From: Eledone cirrhosa
Lineage: Eukaryota
DNA: 64,000 bases
Direction of reading: 5' to 3'
Assembly: GCA_964016885.1 (NCBI GenBank)
Contig: OZ024743.1
Coordinates: 135,718,001 to 135,782,000 of the forward strand
The notes beneath the pieces were generated by a model. That model was given only the letters and a program-made list of their open reading frames with translations. It did no database searches and was not told the DNA's origin. The translations under genes and the position numbers were made by a program. Numbering within the stretch: position 1 is the stretch's first letter; the number at the start of each line of letters is the position of its first letter. Shown here in pieces: positions 11,230-23,205 of this stretch.

Positions 11230-13766
11230 TGCTTGGTGCTTGGTGTTTGGTGTTTGGTGCTTGGTGTTTGGTGTTTGGTGCTTGGTGTTTGGTGCTTGGT
11301 ATTGGTGCTTGGTGCTTGGTGTTAGGTGTTTGGTGCTTGGTGTTTGGTGTCTGGTTTTAGGTGCTTGGTGCTTGGTGTTTGGTGCTTGCTGCTGGCTGCT
11401 TGGTGTTTGGTGCTTGGTGATTGGTGCCTGGTGTTTGGTGCTTGGTGTTTGGTGTTTGGTGCTAGGTGCTTGATGTTTGGTGCTTGGTGCTTGGTGTTTG
11501 TACTTGGTGCTTGGTGCTTGGTTCTTGGTGTTTGGTGCTTGGTGCTTGGTGTTTGGTGCTTGGTGCTTGGTGTTTGGTGCTTGGTGTTTGGTGCTTGGTG
11601 TTTGGTGTTTGGTGCTTGGTGCTTGGTGTTTGGTGCTTGGTGTTTGGTGCTTGGTGTTAGGTGTTTGGTGCTTGGTGCTTGGTGTTTGGTGCTTGGTGTT
11701 TGATGCTTGGTGCTTTGTGCTTGGTGTTTGGTGCTTGGTGCTTGGTGTTTGTACTTGGTGCTTGGTGCTTGGTTCTTGGTGTTTGGTGCTTGGTGCTTGG
11801 TGTTTGGTGTTTGGTGCTTGGTGTTTGGTGCTAGGTGTTTGGTGCTTGGTGCTTGGTGTTTGGTGCTTGGTGCTGGGTGGTTGGTGTTTAGTGCTTGGTG
11901 TTTGGTGCTGGGTGCTTGGTGTTTGGTGCTTGGTGTTTGGTGTTTGGTGCTTGGTGCTTGGTGTTTAGTGTTTGGTGCTTGGTGCTTAGTGTTTGGTGCT
12001 AGGTGCTTGGTGTTTGGTGCTTGGTGCTTGGTGTTTGGTGCCTGGTGCTTGGTGTTTGGTGTTTGGTGTTTGGTGCTTGGTGCTTGGTGTTTGGTGTTTG
12101 CTGTTTGCTGTTTGGTGTTTGGTGTTTGGTGTTTGTTGTTTGGTGTTTGCTGTTTGGTGTTTGGTGTTTGCTTTTTGGTGTTTGGTGTTTGCTGTATGTT
12201 GTTTGCTGTTTGGTGTTTGGTGTTTGGTGTTTGGTGCTTGTTGCTTGGTGTTTGGTGCTTGGTGCTTGGTGTTTGGTTCCTGGTGCTTGGTGCTTGGTGC
12301 TTGGTGTTTGGTGTTTGGTGTTTGGTGCTTGGTGCTTGGAGTTTTGTGTTTGGTGCTTGGCGCTTGGTGTTTTGTGTTTCGTGTTTGGTTTTTGGTGCTT
12401 GGTGCTTGGTGCTTGGTCCTTGGTGTTTGGTGCTGGGTGCTTTGTGTTTGGTGCTTGGTGCTTGGTGCTTGGTGTTTGGTGTTTGGTGTTTGATGCTTGG
12501 TGCTTGGTGTTTGGTGTTTGGTGCTTGGTGTTTGGTGTTTGGTGCTTGGTGTTTGGTGCTTGGTATTGGTGCTTGGTGCTTGGTGTTAGGTGTTTGGTGC
12601 TTGGTGTTTGGTGTCTGGTTTTAGGTGCTTGGTGCTTGGTGTTTGGTGCTTGCTGCTGGCTGCTTGGTGTTTGGTGCTTGGTGATTGGTGCCTGGTGTTT
12701 GGTGCTTGGTGTTTGGTGTTTGGTGCTAGGTGCTTGATGTTTGGTGCTTGGTGCTTGGTGTTTGTACTTGGTGCTTGGTGCTTGGTTCTTGGTGTTTGGT
12801 GCTTGGTGCTTGGTGTTTGGTGCTTGGTGCTTGGTGTTTGGTGCTTGGTGTTTGGTGCTTGGTGTTTGGTGTTTGGTGCTTGGTGCTTGGTGTTTGGTGC
12901 TTGGTGTTTGGTGCTTGGTGTTAGGTGTTTGGTGCTTGGTGCTTGGTGTTTGGTGCTTGGTGTTTGATGCTTGGTGCTTTGTGCTTGGTGTTTGGTGCTT
13001 GGTGCTTGGTGTTTGTACTTGGTGCTTGGTGCTTGGTTCTTGGTGTTTGGTGCTTGGTGCTTGGTGTTTGGTGTTTGGTGCTTGGTGTTTGGTGCTAGGT
13101 GTTTGGTGCTTGGTGCTTGGTGTTTGGTGCTTGGTGCTGGGTGGTTGGTGTTTAGTGCTTGGTGTTTGGTGCTGGGTGCTTGGTGTTTGGTGCTTGGTGT
13201 TTGGTGTTTGGTGCTTGGTGCTTGGTGTTTAGTGTTTGGTGCTTGGTGCTTAGTGTTTGGTGCTAGGTGCTTGGTGTTTGGTGCTTGGTGCTTGGTGTTT
13301 GGTGCCTGGTGCTTGGTGTTTGGTGTTTGGTGTTTGGTGCTTGGTGCTTGGTGTTTGGTGTTTGCTGTTTGCTGTTTGGTGTTTGGTGTTTGGTGTTTGT
13401 TGTTTGGTGTTTGCTGTTTGGTGTTTGGTGTTTGCTTTTTGGTGTTTGGTGTTTGCTGTATGTTGTTTGCTGTTTGGTGTTTGGTGTTTGGTGTTTGGTG
13501 CTTGTTGCTTGGTGTTTGGTGCTTGGTGCTTGGTGTTTGGTTCCTGGTGCTTGGTGCTTGGTGCTTGGTGTTTGGTGTTTGGTGTTTGGTGCTTGGTGCT
13601 TGGAGTTTTGTGTTTGGTGCTTGGCGCTTGGTGTTTTGTGTTTCGTGTTTGGTTTTTGGTGCTTGGTGCTTGGTGCTTGGTCCTTGGTGTTTGGTGCTGG
13701 GTGCTTTGTGTTTGGTGCTTGGTGCTTGGTGCTTGGTGTTTGGTGTTTGGTGTTTGATGCTTGGTG
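11230..13766 (+). repeat. Apparently perfect direct tandem duplication, unit 1264 bp (11230-12493 / 12494-13757)
   Basis: Identical ORF translations at offset 1264 (11326/12590, 11466/12730, 11477/12741, 11993/13257). The private 6-bp unit TTGGTA has its A at 11301 and 12565. 1264 = 181x7 minus three 6-bp units. Confidence 0.93.
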
Positions 13767-13779
13767 TTTGGTGCTTGGT

Positions 13780-16700
13780 GTTTTGTGTTTGGTGCTTGGT
13801 GTCTGGTGCTTGGTGTTTGTACTTGGTGCTTGGTGCTTGGTGTTTGGTTCTTGGTTCTTGGTGTTTGGTGTTTGGCGATTGGTGTTTGGTGCTTGGTGCT
13901 TGGTGTTTGGTCTTTGGTGCTTGGTGTTTGGTGCTTGGTGCTTGGTGTTTGGTGTTTGGTGCTTGGTGCTTGGTGTTTGGTGTTATATGCTTGGTGTTTG
14001 ATGCTTGGTGCTTGGTGCTTGGTGTTTGGTGTTTGGTGTTTGTACTTGGTGCTTGTTGCTTGGTGCTTGGTGTTTGGTGCTTGGTGTTTGGTGCTTGGTG
14101 CTTGGTGCTTCGTGCTTGGTGCTTGGTGTTTGGTGGTTGGTGTTTGGTGCTTGGTGTTAGGTGTTTGGTGCTTGGTGCTTGGTGTTTGGTGTCTGGTGCT
14201 TGGTGTTTGGTGTTTGGTGCTTGGTGTTTGGTGCTTGGTACTTGGTGCTTGGTGCTTGGTGTTAGGTGTTTGGTGCTTGGTGTTTGGTGCTTGGTGTTTG
14301 GTGCTTCGTGCTTGGTGCTTGGTGCTTGGTGTTTGGTGGTTGGTGTTTGGTGCTTGGTGTTAGGTGTTTGGTGCTTGGTGCTTGGTGTTTGGTGTTTGGT
14401 GCTTGGTGTTTGGTGTTTGGTGCTTGGTGTTTGGTGCTTTTTGCTTGGTGCTTGGTGTTTGGTGTTTGGTGCTTAGTGTTTGGTGTTTGGAGCTTGGTGT
14501 TTGGTGCTTTTTGCTTGGTGCTTGGTGCTTGGTGTTTGGTGCTTGGTGCTTGGTGTTTGGTGCTGGGTGCTTGGTGTTTGGTGTTTGGTGTTATATGCTT
14601 GGTGTTTGATGCTTGGTGCTTGGTGCTTGGTGTTTGGTGTTTGGTGCTTGGTGTTTGATGCTTGGTGCTTGGTGCTTGGTGTTTGGTGCTTGGTGCTTGG
14701 TGTTTGGTGCTTGGTGCTTGGTGTTTGGTGCTAGGTGTTTGGTGCTTGGTGTTTGGTGCTTGGTGCTTGGTGCTTGGTGCTTGGTGTTTGGTGGTTGGTG
14801 CTTGGTGCTTGGTGTTTGGTGTTTGGTGCTTGGTGTTTGGTGCTTGGTACTTGGTGCTTGGTGCTTGGTGTTAGGTGTTTGGTGCTTGGTGTTTGGTGTC
14901 TGGTTTTTGGTGCTTGGTGCTTGGTGTTTGGTGCTTGCTGCTGGCTGCTTGGTGTTTGGTGCTTGGTGATTGGTGCCTGGTGTTTGGTGCTTGGTGTTTG
15001 GTGTTTGGTGCTAGGTGCTTGGTGTTTGGTGCTTGGTGCTTGGTGTTTGTACTTGGTGCTTGGTGCTTGGTTCTTGGTGTTTGGTGCTTGGTGCTTGGTG
15101 TTTGGTGCTTGGTGCTTGGTGTTTGGTGCTTGGTGTTTGGTGCTTGGTGTTTGGTGCTTGGTGCTTGGTGCTTGGTGTTTGGTGCTTGGTGTTTGGTGCT
15201 TGGTGTTAGGTGTTTGGTGCTTGGTGCTTGGTGTTTGGTGTTTGGTTCTTGGTGTTTGGTGTTTGGTGTTATATGCTTGGTGTTTGATGCTTGGTGCTTG
15301 GTGCTTAGTGTTTGGTGCTTGGTGTTTGATGCTTGGTGCTTGGTGCTTGGTGTTTGGTGCTTGGTGCTTGGTGTTTGTACTTGGTGCTTGGTGCTTGGTT
15401 CTTGGTGTTTGGTACTTGGTGCTTGGTGTTTGGTGTTTGGTGCTTGGTGTTTGGTGCTTGGTGTTTGGTGCTTGGTGCTTGGTGTTTGGTGCTTGGTGCT
15501 GGGTGGTTGGTGTTTAGTGCTTGGTGTTTGGTGCTTGGTGCTTGGTGTTTGGTGCTTGGTGTTTGGTGTTTGGTGCTTGGTGCTTGGTGTTTGGTGCTTG
15601 GTGTTTAGTGTTTGGTGCTTGGTGCTTAGTGTTTGGTGCTAGGTGCTTGGTGTTTGGTGCTTGGTGCTTGGTGTTTGGTGCCTGGTGCTTGGTGTTTGGT
15701 GTTTGGTGTTTGGTGCTTGGTGCTTGGTGTTTGGTGTTTGCTGTTTGCTGTTTGGTGTTTGGTGTTTGGTGTTTGTTGTTTGGTGTTAGCTGTTTGGTGT
15801 TTGGTGTTTGCTTTTTGGTGTTTGGTGTTTGCTGTATGTTGTTTGCTCTTTGGTGTTTGGTGTTTGGTGTTTGGTGCTTGTTGCTTGGTGTTTGGTGCTT
15901 GGTGCTTGGTGTTTGGTTCCTGGTGCTTGGTGCTTGGTGCTTGGTGTTTGGTGTTTGGTGCTTGGTGCTTGGAGTTTTGTGTTTGGTGCTTGGTGCTTGG
16001 TGTTTTGTGTTTCGTGTTTGGTTTTTGGTGCTTGGTGCTTGGTGCTTGGTCCTTGGTGTTTGGTGCTGGGTGCTTTCTGTTTGGTGCTTGGTGCTTGGTG
16101 CTTGGTGTTTGGTGTTTGCTGATTGGTGTTTGATGCTTGGTGCTTGGTGTTTTGTGTTTGGTGCTTGGTGTTTGGTGCTTGGTGCTTGGTGTTTGTACTT
16201 GGTGCTTGGTGCTTGGTGTTTGGTTCTTGGTTCTTGGTGTTTGGTGTTTGGCGATTGGTGTTTGGTGCTTGGTGCTTGGTGTTTTGTGTTTGGTGCTTGG
16301 TTCTTGGTGTTTGGTGCTTGGTGCTTGGTGCTTGGTGTTTGTACTTGGTGCTTGGTGCTTGGTGTTTGGTTCTTGGTTCTTGGTGTTTGGTACTTGGTGC
16401 TTGGTGCTTGGTGCTTGTTGTTTGGTGTTTGGTGGTTGGTGTTTGGTGCTTGGTGCTTGGTGCTTGGTGTTAGGTGTTTGGTGATTGGTCCTTGGTGTTT
16501 GGTGCTTGGTGTTTGGTGTTTGCTGTCTGCTTTTTGGTGTTTAGTGTTTGCTGTATGGTGTTTGGTGTTTGCTGTTTGGTGTTTGGTCTTTGGTGCTTGG
16601 TGTTTGGTGCTTGGTGCTTGGTGTTTGGTGTTTGGTGCTTGGTGCTTGGTGTTTGGTGTTATATGCTTGGTGTTTGATGCTTGGTGCTTTGTGCTTGGTG

Positions 16701-19055
16701 TTTGGTGTTTGGTGTTTGTACTTGGTGCTTGGTGCTTGGTGCTTGGTGTTTGGTGCTTGGTGTTTGGTGCTTGGTGCTTGGTGCTTGGTGCTTGGTGCTT
16801 GGTGTTTGGTGGTTGGTGTTTGGTGCTTGGTGTTAGGTGTTTGGTGCTTGGTGCTTGGTGTTTGGTGTTTGGTGCTTGGTGTTTGGTGTTTGGTGCTTGG
16901 TGTTTGGTGCTTGGTACTTGGTGCTTGGTGCTTGGTGTTAGGTGTTTGGTGCTTGGTGTTTGGTGCTTGGTGTTTGGTGCTTGGTGCTTGGTGCTTGGTG
17001 CTTGGTGTTTGGTGGTTGGTGTTTAGTGCTTGGTGTTAGTTGTTTGGTGCTTGGTGCTTGGTGTTTGGTGTTTGGTGCTTGGTGTTTGGTGTTTGGTGCT
17101 TGGTGTTTGGTGCTTTTTGCTTGGTGCTTGGTGCTTGGTGTTTGGTGCTTGGTGCTTGGTGTTTGGTGCTGGGTGCTTGGTGTTTGGTGTTTGGTGTTAT
17201 ATGCTTGGTGTTTGATGCTTGGTGCTTGGTGCTTGGTGTTTGGTGTTTGGTGCTTGGTGTTTGATGCTTGGTGCTTGGTGCTTGGTGTTTGGTGCTTGGT
17301 GCTTGGTGTTTGGTGCTTGGTGCTTGGTGTTTGGTGCTTGGTGTTTGGTGCTTGATGTTTGGTGCTTGGTGCTTGGTGCTTGGTGCTTGGTGTTTGGTGG
17401 TTGGTGCTTGGTGCTTGGTGTTAGGTGTTTGGTGCTTGGTGCTTGGTGTTTGGTGTTTGGTGCTTGGTGTTTGGTGTTTGGTGCTTGCTGCTGGCTGCTT
17501 GGTGTTTGGTGCTTGGTGATTGGTGCTTGGTGTTTGGTGCTTGGTGTTTGGTGTTTGGTGCTAGGTGCTTGGTGTTTGGTGCTTGGTGCTTGGTGTTTGT
17601 ACTTGGTGCTTGGTGCTTGGTTCTTGGTGTTTGGTGCTTGGTGCTTGGTGTTTGGTGCTTGGTGTTTTGTGTTTGGTGCTTGGTGTTTGGTGCTTGGTGT
17701 TTGTACTTGGTGCTTGGTGCTTGGTGTTTGGTTCTTGGTTCTTGGTGTTTGGTGTTTGGCGATTGGTGTTTGGTGCTTGGTGCTTGGTGTTTGGTCTTTG
17801 GTGCTTGGTGTTTGGTGCTTGGTGCTTGGTGTTTGGTGTTTGGTGCTTGGTGCTTGGTGTTTGGTGTTATATGCTTGGTGTTTGATGCTTGGTGCTTGGT
17901 GCTTGGTGTTTGGTGTTTGGTGTTTGTACTTGGTGCTTGTTGCTTGGTGCTTGGTGTTTGGTGCTTGGTGTTTGGTGCTTGGTGCTTGGCGCTTCGTGCT
18001 TGGTGCTTGGTGTTTGGTGGTTGGTGTTTGGTGCTTGGTGTTAGGTGTTTGGTGCTTGGTGCTTGGTGTTTGGTGTTTGGTGCTTGGTGTTTGGTGTTTG
18101 GTGCTTGGTGTTTGGTGCTTGGTACTTGGTGCTTGGTGCTTGGTGTTAGGTGTTTGGTGCTTGGTGTTTGGTGCTTGGTGTTTGGTGCTTCGTGCTTGGT
18201 GCTTGGTGCTTGGTGTTTGGTGGTTGGTGTTTGGTGCTTGGTGTTAGGTGTTTGGTGCTTGGTGCTTGGTGTTTGGTGTTTGGTGCTTGGTGTTTGGTGT
18301 TTGGTGCTTGGTGTTTGGTGCTTTTTGCTTGGTGCTTGGTGTTTGGTGTTTGGTGCTTGGTGTTTGGTGTTTGGAGCTTGGTGTTTGGTGCTTTTTGCTT
18401 GGTGCTTGGTGCTTGGTGTTTGGTGCTTGGTGCTTGGTGTTTGGTGCTGGGTGCTTGGTGTTTGGTGTTTGGTGTTATATGCTTGGTGTTTGATGCTTGG
18501 TGCTTGGTGCTTGGTGTTTGGTGTTTGGTGCTTGGTGTTTGATGCTTGGTGCTTGGTCCTTGGTGTTTGGTGCTTGGTGCTTGGTGTTTGGTGCTTGGTG
18601 CTTGGTGTTTGGTGCTAGGTGTTTGGTGCTTGGTGTTTGGTGCTTGGTGCTTGGTGCTTGGTGCTTGGTGTTTGGTGGTTGGTGCTTGGTGCTTGGTGTT
18701 TGGTGTTTGGTGCTTGGTGTTTGGTGCTTGGTACTTGGTGCTTGGTGCTTGGTGTTAGGTGTTTGGTGCTTGGTGTTTGGTGTCTGGTTTTTGGTGCTTG
18801 GTGCTTGGTGTTTGGTGCTTGCTGCTGGCTGCTTGGTGTTTGGTGCTTGGTGATTGGTGCTTGGTGTTTGGTGCTTGGTGTTTGGTGTTTGGTGCTAGAT
18901 GCTTGGTGTTTGGTGCTTGGTGCTTGGTGTTTGTACTTGGTGCTTGGTGCTTGGTTCTTGGTGTTTGGTGCTTGGTGCTTGGTGTTTGGTGCTTGGTGCT
19001 TGGTGTTTGGTGCTTGGTGTTTGGTGCTTGGTGCTTGGTGCTTGGTGCTTGGTGT
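13780..19055 (+). repeat. Dispersed duplication: ~13780-15170 copied at ~17664-19055 (offset 3884)
   Basis: ORF pairs 14266/18150, 14364/18248, 14613/18497, 14735/18619, 14875/18759. Private unit TTGGAGC at ~14487 and ~18371. Confidence 0.88.
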
Positions 19056-22000
19056 TTGTACTTGGTGCTTGGTGCTTGGTGTTTGGTTCTTGGTTCTTGG
19101 TGTTTGGTACTTGGTGCTTGGTGCTTGGTGCTTGATGTTTGGTGTTTGGTGGTTGGTGTTTGGTGCTTGGTGCTTGGTGCTTGGTGTTAGGTGTTTGGTG
19201 CTTGGTCCTTGGTGTTTGGTGCTTGGTGTTTGGTGTTTGCTGTCTGCTTTTTGGTGTTTAGTGTTTGCTGTATGGTGTTTGGTGTTTGCTGTTTGGTGTT
19301 TGGTCTTTGGTGCTTGGTGTTTGGTGCTTGGTGCTTGGTGTTTGGTGTTTGGTGCTTGGTGCTTGGTGTTTGGTGTTATATGCTTGGTGTTTGATGCTTG
19401 GTGCTTGGTGCTTGGTGTTTGGTGTTTGGTGTTTGTACTTGGTGCTTGGTGCTTGGTGCTTGGTGTTTGGTGCTTGGTGTTTGGTGCTTGGTGCTTGGTG
19501 CTTGGTGCTTGGTGCTTGGTGTTTGGTGGTTGGTGTTTGGTGCTTGGTGTTAGGTGTTTGGTGCTTGGTGCTTGGTGTTTGGTGTTTGGTGCTTGGTGTT
19601 TGGTGTTTGATGCTTGGTGCTTGGTGCTTGGTGTTTGGTCTTTGGTGCTTGGTGTTTATACTTGGTGCTTGGTGCTTGGTGCTTGGTGTTTGGTGCTTGG
19701 TGTTTGGTGCTTGGTGCTTGGTGCTTGGTGCTTGGTGTTTGGTGGTTGGTGTTTGGTGCTTGGTGTTTGGTGTTTGGTGCTTGGTGTTTGGTGCTTGGTA
19801 CTTGGTGCTTGGTGCTTGGTGTTAGGTGTTTGGTGCTTGGTGCTTGGTGCTTGGTGTTTGGTGCTTGGTGTTTGGTGCTTGGTGCTTGGTGTTTGGTGCT
19901 TGGTGTTTGGTGCTTGATGTTTGGTGCTTGGTGCTTGGTGCTTGGTGCTTGGTGTTTGGTGGTTGGTGCTTGGTGCTTGGTGTTAGGTGTTTGGTGCTTG
20001 GTGCTTGGTGTTTGGTGTTTGGTGCTTGGTGTTTGGTGTTTGGTGCTTGCTGCTGGCTTCTTGGTGTTTGGTGCTTGGTGATTGGTGCTTGGTGTTTGGT
20101 GCTTGGTGTTTGGTGTTTGGTGCTAGGTGCTTGGTGTTTGGTGCTTGGTGCTTGGTGTTTGTACTTGGTGCTTGGTGCTTGGTTCTTGGTGCTTGGTGCT
20201 TGGTGTTTGGTGCTTGGTGCTTGGTGTTTGGTGCTTGGTGTTTGGTGCTTGGTGTTTGGTGCTTGGTTCTTGGTGCTTGGTGTTTGGTGCTTGGTGTTTG
20301 GTGCTTGGTGTTAGGTGTTTGGTGCTTGGTGTTTGGTGCTTGGTACTTGGTGCTTGCTGCTTTGTGTTAGGTGTTTGGTGCTTGGTGTTTGGTGTCTGGT
20401 TTTTGGTGCTTGGTGCTTGGTGTTTGGTGCTTGCTGCTGGCTGCTTGGTGTTTGGTGCTTGGTGATTGGTGCTTGGTGTTTGGTGCTTGGTGTTTGGTGT
20501 TTGGTGCTAGATGCTTGGTGTTTGGTGCTTGGTGCTTGGTGTTTGTACTTGGTGCTTGGTTCTTGGTGTTTGGTGCTTGGTGCTTGGTGTTTGGTGCTTG
20601 GTGCTTGGTGTTTGGTGCTTGGTGTTTGGTGCTTGGTGTTTGGTGTTTGGTGCTTGGTGCTTGGTGTTTGGTGCTTGGTGTTTGGTGCTTGGTGTTAGGT
20701 GTTTGGTGCTTGGTGCTTGGTGTTTGGTGCTTGGTGTTTGATGCTTGGTGCTTTGTGCTTGGTGTTTGGTGCTTGGTGCTTGGTGTTTGTACTTGGTGCT
20801 TGGTGCTTGATTCTTGGTGTTTGGTGCTTGGTGCTTGGTGTTTGGTGTTTGGTGCTTGGTGTTTGGTGCTTGGTGTTTGGTGCTTGGTGCTTGGTGTTTG
20901 GTGCTTGGTGCTGGGTGGTTGGTGTTTAGTGCTTGGTGTTTGATGCTTGGTGCTTGGTGTTTGGTGCTTGGTGTTTGGTGTTTGGTGCTTGGTGCTTGGT
21001 GTTTGGTGCTTGGTGTTTAGTGTTTGGTGCTTGGTGCTTAGTGTTTGGTGCTAGGTGCTTGGTGTTTGGTGCTTGGTGCTTGGTGTTTGGTGCCTGGTGC
21101 TGGGTGTTTGGTGTTTGGTGTTTGGTGCTTGGTGCTTGGTGTTTGGTGTTTGCTGTTTGCTGTTTGGTGTTTGGTGTTTGGTGTTTGTTGTTTGGTGTTA
21201 GCTGTTTGGTGTTTGGTGTTTGCTTTTTGGTGTTTGGTGTTTGCTGTATGTTGTTTGCTGTTTGGTGTTTGGTGTTTGGTGTTTGGTGCTTGTTGCTTGG
21301 TGTTTGGTGCTTGGTGCTTGGTGTTTGGTTCCTGGTGCTTGGTGCTTGGTGCTTGGTGTTTGGTGTTTGGTGCTTGGTGCTTGGAGTTTTGTGTTTGGTG
21401 CTTGGTGCTTGGTGTTTTGTGTTTTGTGTTTGGTTTTTGGTGCTTGGTGCTTGGTGCTTGGTCCTTGGTGTTTGGTGCTGGGTGCTTTGTGTTTGGTGCT
21501 TGGTGCTTGGTGTTTGGTGTTTGCTGCTTGGTGTTTGATGCTTGGTGCTTGGTGTTTTGTGTTTGGTGCTTGGTGTTTGGTGCTTGGTGCTTGGTGTTTG
21601 TACTTGGTGCTTGGTGCTTGGTGTTTGGTTCTTGGTTCTTGGTGTTTGGTGTTTGGCGATTGGTGTTTGGTGCTTGGTGCTTGGTGTTTGGTGCCTGGTG
21701 CTTGGTGCTTGGTGCTTGGTGTTTCGTGTTTGGTGCTTGGTGCTTGGAGTTTGGTGTTTGGTGCTTGGTGCTTGGTGTTTTGTGTTTGGTGCTTGGTGTT
21801 TGATGCTTGGTGCTTGGTGCTTGGTGTTTTGTGTTTGGTGCTTGGTTCTTGGTGTTTGGTGCTTGGTGCTTGGTGCTTGGTGTTTGTACTTGGTGCTTGG
21901 TGCTTGGTGTTTGGTTCTTGGTTCTTGGTGTTTGGTACTTGGTGCTTGGTGCTTGGTGCTTGATGTTTGGTGTTTGGTGGTTGGTGTTTGGTGCTTGGTG

Positions 22001-23205
22001 CTTGGTGCTTGGTGTTAGGTGTTTGGTGCTTGGTCCTTGGTGTTTGGTGCTTGGTGTTTGGTGTTTGCTGTCTGCTTTTTGGTGTTTAGTGTTTGCTGTA
22101 TGGTGTTTGGTGTTTGCTGTTTGGTGTTTGGTCTTTGGTGCTTGGTGTTTGGTGCTTGGTGCTTGGTGTTTGGTGTTTGGTGCTTGGTGCTTGGTGTTTG
22201 GTGTTATACGCTTGGTGTTTGATGCTTGGTGCTTTGTGCTTGGTGTTTGGTGTTTGGTGTTTGTACTTGGTGCTTGGTGCTTGGTGCTTGGTGTTTGGTG
22301 CTTGGTGTTTGGTGCTTGGTGCTTGGTGCTTGGTGCTTGGTGCTTGGTGTTTGGTGGTTGGTGTTTGGTGCTTGGTGTTAGGTGTTTGGTGCTTGGTGCT
22401 TGGTGTTTGGTGTTTGGTGCTTGGTGTTTGGTGTTTGGTGCTTGGTGTTTGGTGCTTGGTACTTGGTGCTTGGTGCTTGGTGTTAGGTGTTTGGTGCTTG
22501 GTGTTTGGTGCTTGGTGTTTGGTGCTTGGTGCTTGGTGCTTGGTGCTTGGTGTTTGGTGGTTGGTGTTTAGTGCTTGGTGTTAGTTGTTTGGTGCTTGGT
22601 GCTTGGTGTTTGGTGTTTGGTGCTTGGTGTTTGGTGTTTGGTGCTTGGTGTTTGGTGCTTTTTGCTTGGTGCTTGGTGCTTGGTGTTTGGTGCTTGGTGC
22701 TTGGTGTTTGGTGCTGGGTGCTTGGTGTTTGGTGTTTGGTGTTATATGCTTGGTGTTTGATGCTTGGTGCTTGGTGCTTGGTGTTTGGTGTTTGGTGCTT
22801 GGTGTTTGATGCTTGGTGCTTGGTGCTTGGTGTTTGGTGCTTGGTGCTTGGTGTTTGGTGCTTGGTGCTTGGTGTTTGGTGCTTGGTGTTTGGTGCTTGA
22901 TGTTTGGTGCTTGGTGCTTGGTGCTTGGTGCTTGGTGTTTGGTGGTTGGTGCTTGGTGCTTGGTGTTAGGTGTTTGCTGCTTGGTGCTTGGTGTTTGGTG
23001 TTTGGTGCTTGGTGTTTGGTGTTTGGTGCTTGCTGCTGGCTGCTTGGTGTTTGGTGCTTGGTGATTGGTGCTTGGTGTTTGGTGCTTGGTGTTTGGTGTT
23101 TGGTGCTAGTTGCTTGGTGTTTGGTGCTTGGTGCTTGGTGTTTGTACTTGGTGCTTGGTGCTTGGTTCTTGGTGTTTGGTGCTTGGTGCTTGGTGTTTGG
23201 TGCTT
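15330..23205 (+). repeat. Dispersed duplication: ~15330-17660 copied at ~20742-23205 (offset 5412, then 5545)
   Basis: ORF pairs 15633/21045, 15808/21220, 16548/22093, 16942/22487, 17268/22813. Private GTTAGCTG has its A at 15788 and 21200. Confidence 0.85.
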
